A DNA stretch of 32,000 nucleotides from Pseudomonas phage Epa38: the sequence record MT118302.1. One strand, given 5' to 3'. The first letter of the stretch is position 1. Every line of letters begins with the position of its first letter. The notes under the pieces were generated by a model, which was not told the origin of the DNA, made no database searches, and saw only the letters and a list, made by a program, of their open reading frames with translations. Of the stretch, positions 26,688 through 32,000 are shown in pieces. The translations under genes and the position numbers were made by a program.

Positions 26688-26782
26688 GGTGAAGGCGAGC
26701 GGATAATCATGTGCGCTTGGGACGGTGGCCCAACGCTCGACTTCGTGTGAGGAAGAAGTATGAAGTGGAGTAGGCAGGGAAG

Positions 26783-26797
26783 CCCAGCGGGGCTGGG
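26783..26797. repeat. GC-rich hairpin CCCAGC-GGG-GCTGGG
   Basis: 6-bp perfect inverted repeat in a non-coding spacer, beside the AT-rich tract TTTATATATTC. Confidence 0.55.
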
Positions 26798-26807
26798 GGT
26801 TTATATA

Positions 26808-26852
26808 TTCTTCTTCTTCTTCTTCTTAACTTACTTAACTTACTTACCTTAA
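26808..26852. repeat. (TTC)6 tract followed by tandem TTAACTTAC repeats
   Basis: TTC x6 at 26808-26825, then TTAACTTAC TTAACTTAC TTACCTTAA: AT-rich block within a GC-rich genome. Confidence 0.85.
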
Positions 26853-27009
26853 ACCCCCGGACGGCCTCCGAACAGCAGGAACGGTCGCCGGTCGCCTCCC
26901 TGGGCAGGGGGTCCGGGCGATTTATCGGGCGAAGTAGAACTGAACTGGAGAAAGTGAAGTAACCTAAGCGCAGGAGGGTCGGAGCTGTTACGGCGCTGGG
27001 CTTTCGATG

Positions 27010-27059
27010 GCGCTTGGGGTCTATACTTCTTCAGGTGTGAAGGTAAGTACCCCAAGCGC
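27010..27059. repeat. 11-bp perfect inverted repeat GCGCTTGGGGT / ACCCCAAGCGC
   Basis: Arms 27010-27020 and 27049-27059 enclose a 28-nt loop containing plus-strand CTATACTTCTTCAG. Confidence 0.8.
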
Positions 27060-27063
27060 ATCC

Positions 27064-27408
27064 TCATTTCTGGGCCCACTCCTTCAGCCCGAGGATTAGC
27101 AGGCTGGCGAGGCCCGAGAAGAAGATGCCCAGGAGGGCGACGGTGCCCTTGCGCTTCAGGTCCTCCCCGGACTCCCGCCATTGACGGAGGTGTTGGAAGT
27201 CCCGCTGCATAGCAAACGGGTCGGACGTGTCCACCCCGAGCTGCATCAATGTCTGCTTGACCGCTTCGGCCACCACATCGTTCAGCTCCGAGTGAGACAT
27301 GGCGACCGTCTCCGCGGCCCTCCGGGCCGCGTCCTCAACGGATAGTTTCGCCGCCCGGGTCGCAGCCGCAACGGCGATGTCTTCGACTTGCTCCGGGGTC
27401 AGGGGCAT
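27064..27408 (-). CDS. Small protein with C-terminal membrane segment; holin-like candidate
   Basis: MPLTPEQVEDIAVAAATRAAKLSVEDAARRAAETVAMSHSELNDVVAE...GTVALLGIFFSGLASLLILGLKEWAQK. Confidence 0.6.
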   Translation of the reverse strand: MPLTPEQVEDIAVAAATRAAKLSVEDAARRAAETVAMSHSELNDVVAEAVKQTLMQLGVDTSDPFAMQRDFQHLRQWRESGEDLKRKGTVALLGIFFSGLASLLILGLKEWAQK

Positions 27409-27423
27409 ATCGGGGTCCTCGCA

Positions 27424-27469
27424 CCAAGATGATCTTGGGCCGTATTTTACGGAACCCAAGACAACTTGG
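27424..27469. repeat. Cluster of interlocking inverted repeats (intergenic)
   Basis: CCAAGATgATCTTGG, CTTGGGCCGTAtttTACGGaaCCCAAG and CCAAGacaaCTTGG overlap one another. Confidence 0.75.
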
Positions 27470-27475
27470 CAAATT

Positions 27476-27961
27476 TTAGACGGCTGCGCCCGTCGCGTCC
27501 ACCCAGGCGGAGCCCGTGGACCAGATCGGCTTGCCCAAGGTGGTGTCGAAGTATTGACCCCCGACCAGGGCGGCGCTCGCCGCCGGGCGGTTCGCGGTCG
27601 TGCCGTAGCCGCGGAGGAACTTCCACGCGCTGCCGTCATACCAGTAGGTGCTGTTGGTATTCTCCACGGAAATGGTCCACCCCTTCTTCGGCGCGAAGAA
27701 CTCCCAGGCCGTCGCCACGCTCGAATAACGCGCGATCCGTTGGCCCTGGCCCGACCAGTTCGTGCCGGTCGGACTCGCCGGGAGCACGTACACGTCCCCG
27801 TCCGCGGGCGAAGCCGGTTGGGCGGTCGTGGTTGCGGACTTCGCGTGGCCCATGAGAAGGCCGTCCACAGCACGGAGGAAAGACATGAATTGGTTGTAGT
27901 GCTGGTCCCCCAGCGTGCCGTTCACCATGATGCCCAAGTTCGGGCCGTTACTGATAGCCAT
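27476..27961 (-). CDS. DUF2793-like phage protein
   Basis: HYNQFMSFLRAVDGLLMGHAKSATTTAQPASPADGDVYVLPASPTGTNWSGQGQRIARYSSVATAWEFFAPKKGW. Confidence 0.8.
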   Translation of the reverse strand: MAISNGPNLGIMVNGTLGDQHYNQFMSFLRAVDGLLMGHAKSATTTAQPASPADGDVYVLPASPTGTNWSGQGQRIARYSSVATAWEFFAPKKGWTISVENTNSTYWYDGSAWKFLRGYGTTANRPAASAALVGGQYFDTTLGKPIWSTGSAWVDATGAAV

Positions 27962-30132
27962 CACAAACCTCCAAGATAGTTTCCAAGATTGTTCCCGAGT
28001 CCGGCCCGATCCACATACCAATCGTGGGATTGGTAGCTGTCCAGGCCGTCGCGGACCGCCGTGACCGTGATCCGGTTCCGGCCCGCGGTGTTCTCCGTCG
28101 CCTCGTTGGTCCAGGTCCAGCTAGTGCCGGTCAGGCCCGGCTCCGACTTCAAGAGCGTGCTGCCGTTGGCCGCGTAGATGTCCACGCGGTAGGTCACCCC
28201 CGGCTCCGGGCCGATGTTCGCCGCGGCGTGGTCGATAATCGGACGGACCACCTGCTGGGTCCGGTCGCGGTGCGCCCAAGAAAGGCTCAGACCTCCGAGG
28301 ATAGCCGAAGGATACTGGAGACTGTTCACCCGGAAGTTCCCGGGAGCGTAGGGGCGTGCGAAACGGCCCACCAGCGCCTTCGAGTCCTCCGGCGCAACGG
28401 ACAGGTCCAGAATGCCGACCCCGGACCGGCCCAGGCCCTTCGCGGCGATGGTCTCGCCGCTGTTATACTCAAGACGGTCGCGCACGCGGGCGTCCTCCGC
28501 GAACCAAAACCGCGCCCCGGCTGCGTGTTCCGCGCAGACGGTATCCAAGCACCCCCGGCCCACCGTCACGATCCCGTTCACCAGGTCGATAGTGTCCACG
28601 CGCACGATTTCGTCGTCAATCAGCGCATAGGTCCCCGTCCGCGCAAATTCGGTGCGGGAGGACAGATTGGACAGCTGGATGGAGGTCTGTATGGGCGTGA
28701 TCGCGTTCGTCAGCGTAGCATGCGCCGCGGGGTCGCCGGTGGCCGCGTATGCGTAGGACCCGCCAGTGGGCTTCGTCCACAGTTCATAGTTCTGGAGGTA
28801 CTGGGCGGGCTCGCCCATCAGGCCGATCAGGAAGGCGGAGGTGTTGTCCAGCGCCTGGAAGTCGCCCGAGGGCAGACCGTTCGCCAAGTCCCAATAGTTC
28901 GCCTCCTCCAGACGGCGGAGGGCGAACGGGTTGGGCGCTTGAACCGGGTCCACCCAGCCCGAGCCCTGGTTGCCCATGTAGGTGGAGGACGGAAGGCCGA
29001 ACATGTCCTCAACCGCGTCCACCACGATTTCACCACTGGTCAGCTCCCCGTAGTTCACCCCGAGGACGCGGAACACGATGTCCACGAGGCTGTGCTCATC
29101 CCAGGAGAAGCGGAACACGTCCCCCAGGGTCAGGTTCCATGCGTTCCGGTTCACCCGGATGCGGATGCGCGCGAAGGGGGTGGACTTCTGGCGGAGGTCG
29201 CGCATGGCCAGTTTCGCCGCGTTCGCCGCGGTGTCGATCCCGGGATAGTTCACCGTCTGGCTCACCACGCCCTGCTGGGCCTGGATCGCGGCGAGGTCCT
29301 GGACGGTCACGGAGTCATCCTCAGTGGAGCCCTGCGGACGGTAGGTGACCACGATTTCGTTGACAATTTCCGCGTAGCCCGGGCGCTCGAAGGACTCCAG
29401 CCGGATCGTGTTGGACTCGTTGAACAGCGGGAGGTCCGCCACCACGTAGTCCTCGCGGATCAGCTTCACCACGAATTGACCGTTGTCGGGTCGCGTGTAC
29501 AACATCCCGTTACAGTGGCCCAGCACCGTGTATATGAAGGACTCGATGGAGTCCTGCTTGGTCATGATCATCGACACGCCCAAGCCTTCCGCGTGAAGGG
29601 TGTCCGCCGCAGCGCGAAAGGCGGCGTCATCCAGGGCGTTGATCGGGTATCCCATCCCCCAATCCGGGTTCGTCAGCGTCTCATAGATCACGTGCGCGGG
29701 GTTCGCGGAGCCGTTGATGTCTGCCTTCTCCTGGTACCAAGCCTTGCCCGGGAGGCGCTTCACCTTCAGCGCCCAGGCCTTCGGGTAGGGCGACATGGCG
29801 CACATATACACCTTCCGCAGGACCAGCGAAAGGACGCCCCGGAAGGCCGGGATCACGGTGCCGAGTTTTGATTGGAGGTAACTGTTGCGGCCCTGATTCG
29901 ATTCCCCCATCATGATGTCCACGTAACCCTGGACACCCCCCTCCTTCTTCTCGCCGCCGAACAGCTCCGGGCTGTTGACATAGATTTGCTGCGAGGCCGT
30001 CACGTTCCCGCTCCAGGCGGTTCGGTCGCCCACGACAATTTCCTGGACGGAATCGACCGGCCCGTGACAGATCACGAGGTGGGCGCCAAGATAATACTTG
30101 TACCCAATTGTTACACTAGATTTGCTGCCCAC
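27961..30132 (-). CDS. Phage tail-tip/host-attachment protein (Rcc01698-like)
   Basis: KVTIGYKYYLGAH-type N-terminus, ETLTNPDWGMGYP, FRVLGVNYGELTSGEIVVDAVEDMFGLP; overlaps the DUF2793-like gene by ATGA-type coupling. Confidence 0.8.
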   Translation of the reverse strand: MGSKSSVTIGYKYYLGAHLVICHGPVDSVQEIVVGDRTAWSGNVTASQQIYVNSPELFGGEKKEGGVQGYVDIMMGESNQGRNSYLQSKLGTVIPAFRGVLSLVLRKVYMCAMSPYPKAWALKVKRLPGKAWYQEKADINGSANPAHVIYETLTNPDWGMGYPINALDDAAFRAAADTLHAEGLGVSMIMTKQDSIESFIYTVLGHCNGMLYTRPDNGQFVVKLIREDYVVADLPLFNESNTIRLESFERPGYAEIVNEIVVTYRPQGSTEDDSVTVQDLAAIQAQQGVVSQTVNYPGIDTAANAAKLAMRDLRQKSTPFARIRIRVNRNAWNLTLGDVFRFSWDEHSLVDIVFRVLGVNYGELTSGEIVVDAVEDMFGLPSSTYMGNQGSGWVDPVQAPNPFALRRLEEANYWDLANGLPSGDFQALDNTSAFLIGLMGEPAQYLQNYELWTKPTGGSYAYAATGDPAAHATLTNAITPIQTSIQLSNLSSRTEFARTGTYALIDDEIVRVDTIDLVNGIVTVGRGCLDTVCAEHAAGARFWFAEDARVRDRLEYNSGETIAAKGLGRSGVGILDLSVAPEDSKALVGRFARPYAPGNFRVNSLQYPSAILGGLSLSWAHRDRTQQVVRPIIDHAAANIGPEPGVTYRVDIYAANGSTLLKSEPGLTGTSWTWTNEATENTAGRNRITVTAVRDGLDSYQSHDWYVDRAGLGNNLGNYLGGL

Positions 30133-30319
30133 GGGCCTTCTCCACTACTTGTAGCGCCATGTGATCGCCGGTCGCCTCCAGCTCCTCCGCCGGGATGCCC
30201 TCGTGGACGAAGCGGCCCCAATCCAGCCCGTGTCGGGCGGCGAAGGCGCGCATGCCGCGGGAGCAGTAGCCCAAGGCGCGGGCGTGTTCGACCCGGACCA
30301 TCAATGGCTCGTTGTTCAT
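30116..30319 (-). CDS. Small conserved-type protein in the tail module
   Basis: MNNEPLMVRVEHARALGYCSRGMRAFAARHGLDWGRFVHEGIPAEELEATGDHMA; overlaps both neighbours. Confidence 0.7.
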   Translation of the reverse strand: MNNEPLMVRVEHARALGYCSRGMRAFAARHGLDWGRFVHEGIPAEELEATGDHMALQVVEKARGQQI

Positions 30320-30552
30320 CACTTGCCGCCGTCCGTCTTGACGGGACTGCTGGACAAGTCCCCGTACCATACCACGTTCGGGCTCTTCACGGTAACGGTC
30401 CCGAACACCACCGGGATCGGTCGCCCAGGCTCCGCGGTTGGGAATTGGAAGTCCTCCAACGAAGCGGGTTTGGGGGTGGCCTGCTTCGGGGCGAGGGCCA
30501 CCGCCGCGTATGCCGCGACGATGAAGATGATCAGATACACAGCCCATTCCAT
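30319..30552 (-). CDS. Small tail-assembly-associated protein with N-terminal membrane segment
   Basis: MEWAVYLIIFIVAAYAAVALAPKQATPKPASLEDFQFPTAEPGRPIPVVFGTV. Confidence 0.7.
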   Translation of the reverse strand: MEWAVYLIIFIVAAYAAVALAPKQATPKPASLEDFQFPTAEPGRPIPVVFGTVTVKSPNVVWYGDLSSSPVKTDGGK

Positions 30553-30565
30553 GATGGGGTCCTCC

Positions 30566-31375
30566 TCAAAAGATCGGGGTGCCGTTCATCGGGTTCTTTT
30601 TCGGGTAGAACGGCTGACCCCCGTAGTTGTCCACGTTGTTGAACTTGTTGTGGCACGTATTCAGGGTGTGGTCGCACCCGGGATAGGCCCGGACCGTCGC
30701 ATTGGCGGGTATCCCGGCCAACGGGAGGTTGAGCGTGATCGCCTGCCCCACGTGCGCGACGATGAACCGCCGTTCCAGGACCCCCGCCACTTCCCAATCC
30801 ACGTAGCCCCCGGCGAAGTAGCCGTCAGCGAAGGAGGAGAAGGCCGGTGACAGAAGGTCCCGCCCCGAGACGCCCGTGAGGGTCGCGTCCACCCGGAAAT
30901 CCGCGGAGGACTTCCCGCAAGCGGCCCCATACAGGACGTGGGGGCAGGTGGTCTGGTACATTCGGCGGAGGGTCGGGCGGCGCAGCGACGTGAACACCGG
31001 CTCCAGCCGCACTTCGGCCTCGCGCTCCAGGAACTTCACATTGACCACTCGCCCGACCCACGGGACGGCGAGCTGTCCGTCACCCTCGTGGTAACGCTGG
31101 ATGGTGAGCTGGACGATGTCGGTGGGCGGCGATCCGCGGAACTGGTCCAGAAAGCTGATGCCCTTATCCATCGTCAGCGTCAGGTTGCTCCGGGACATTT
31201 CCTGGTTCTGCTCGAAGGCCCCGCGCTTGATCTGGACGGAGTTGTAAGTCACTCCCTCCACCACCTTGTCTTCATCCGCTGAGGTGTAGCGCCAGTATTG
31301 CGCGCCCCGGGCGAACAGGTACAACTCGACCGGGTAGGCTTCAAACAGGCTTCGCTCGCGTGCGTCATACGTCAT
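30566..31375 (-). CDS. DUF2163 / BR0599-like phage tail protein
   Basis: MTYDARERSLFEAYPVELYLFARGAQYWRYTSAD...LTMDKGISFLDQFRGSPPTDIVQLTIQRYH...YQTTCPHVLYGAACG. Confidence 0.85.
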   Translation of the reverse strand: MTYDARERSLFEAYPVELYLFARGAQYWRYTSADEDKVVEGVTYNSVQIKRGAFEQNQEMSRSNLTLTMDKGISFLDQFRGSPPTDIVQLTIQRYHEGDGQLAVPWVGRVVNVKFLEREAEVRLEPVFTSLRRPTLRRMYQTTCPHVLYGAACGKSSADFRVDATLTGVSGRDLLSPAFSSFADGYFAGGYVDWEVAGVLERRFIVAHVGQAITLNLPLAGIPANATVRAYPGCDHTLNTCHNKFNNVDNYGGQPFYPKKNPMNGTPIF

Positions 31376-32000
31376 GGTTGAATCTCCATCATGCGGACCG
31401 TACATTCAAGGACCCGGTTGGAGTTCCACTGAAGTTCTACACGATCCGCGTCCAGGCGCTTCAGGCCCAGGAAGCTGATTTGGCGGATGCGGCCGGCGTT
31501 GATGTTGATCGGTGCGTCCAGACCGATGACCGCCGTGTCCGCCCCGGAGGCCGTCGCCGCATTGATCGTCCGCAGCAGCCACGTTCCGTCATCCAGGAGG
31601 ATGCCGATGTGGGTGCGCTCCGGCGCAAATTCGCGGTAGTCGTCAGCATACACCTCGATGCTCTGGGTCAGCTCGCCGGTCTGGGCGACCCTCATGTTGT
31701 TCTCGAAGGTCGGAACCCAGAACGGGCGCAGGCGTCCCGCACGCCGGTGAAGGAACTTGCGGAAGTTCCAGATGTCCTGGAGTCCCTGCAGCAAGAACTT
31801 GTAGGGGCGTCCAATTCGCGTGTAGGTCCAAGGCGAATAGAAGCTGGCCCCCGCCGCGGTCCCGTAGTCCACGACATCCACCCGAGCTTGAAGGCTGTCC
31901 GTCAGCGCCTCGCCGTTCTTCAGCGCCTCGTCAAAATACACGTCATACCCGAGGAACTGCGTGGGGGCCGCGGGCGGGTCCAGGTCGATGTTGTCGCTGA
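31372..32000 (-). CDS. Phage tail protein, truncated at the window edge
   Basis: Open frame continues upstream of the listed GTG (31941) as ...DNIDLDPPAAPTQFLGYDVYFDEALK without a stop to position 32000. Confidence 0.75.
   Translation of the reverse strand, partial: SDNIDLDPPAAPTQFLGYDVYFDEALKNGEALTDSLQARVDVVDYGTAAGASFYSPWTYTRIGRPYKFLLQGLQDIWNFRKFLHRRAGRLRPFWVPTFENNMRVAQTGELTQSIEVYADDYREFAPERTHIGILLDDGTWLLRTINAATASGADTAVIGLDAPININAGRIRQISFLGLKRLDADRVELQWNSNRVLECTVRMMEIQP

Noticed and set aside
26757-26762. CATACTTCTTCC minus-strand block resembling the -10 element
   Set aside because: Resembles the motif but no plausible TTTACT-like -35 at 17 bp; left uncalled.
26849-27181. 110 aa minus-strand ORF over the spacer and holin-like gene
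   Set aside because: Pro/Gly/Arg-rich out-of-frame ORF overlapping the better supported 27064..27408. I treated the spacer as non-coding.
28024-29871. 615 aa plus-strand ORF opposite the tail-tip protein gene
   Set aside because: Antisense shadow; no recognisable motifs.

Overview
This GC-rich window reads as part of a tailed dsDNA phage genome, probably a siphovirus. Every gene I can support lies on the minus strand. From right to left it holds a tail-tip module (~27.5-32 kb: DUF2163-like, DUF2793-like and Rcc01698-like host-attachment proteins), a non-coding spacer (26637-27063), and a replication/nucleotide-metabolism block: SNF2-type helicase, Dda/RecD-like SF1 helicase, B12-dependent ribonucleotide reductase, family A DNA polymerase, primase-helicase, dCMP deaminase, HD phosphohydrolase, MazG-like protein and others. 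The most interesting region is ~11.5-18.1 kb. It resembles the thymidine-hypermodification systems known from Pseudomonas phage M6 and Salmonella phage ViI. It encodes a ThyA-family protein (candidate dUMP hydroxymethylase), an Nmad5-like ORF, a helical-domain protein and a separately encoded P-loop kinase (split 5-hmdU DNA kinase), a radical SAM enzyme, a fold-type II PLP enzyme and an aGPT-Pplase/amino acid:DNA transferase-like protein. Nearby lie a uracil-DNA-glycosylase-fold protein and small unknown ORFs. The broad class is known, but this gene combination, the split kinase and the accessory ORFs deserve follow-up. I also found five near-identical promoter-like elements (TTTACTTCTTC...17-bp spacing...TATACT), a recurrent ribosome-binding leader, a likely terminator with adjacent hairpins, and a structured AT-rich intergenic region. 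All family assignments come from reading motifs by eye; no database search was run.
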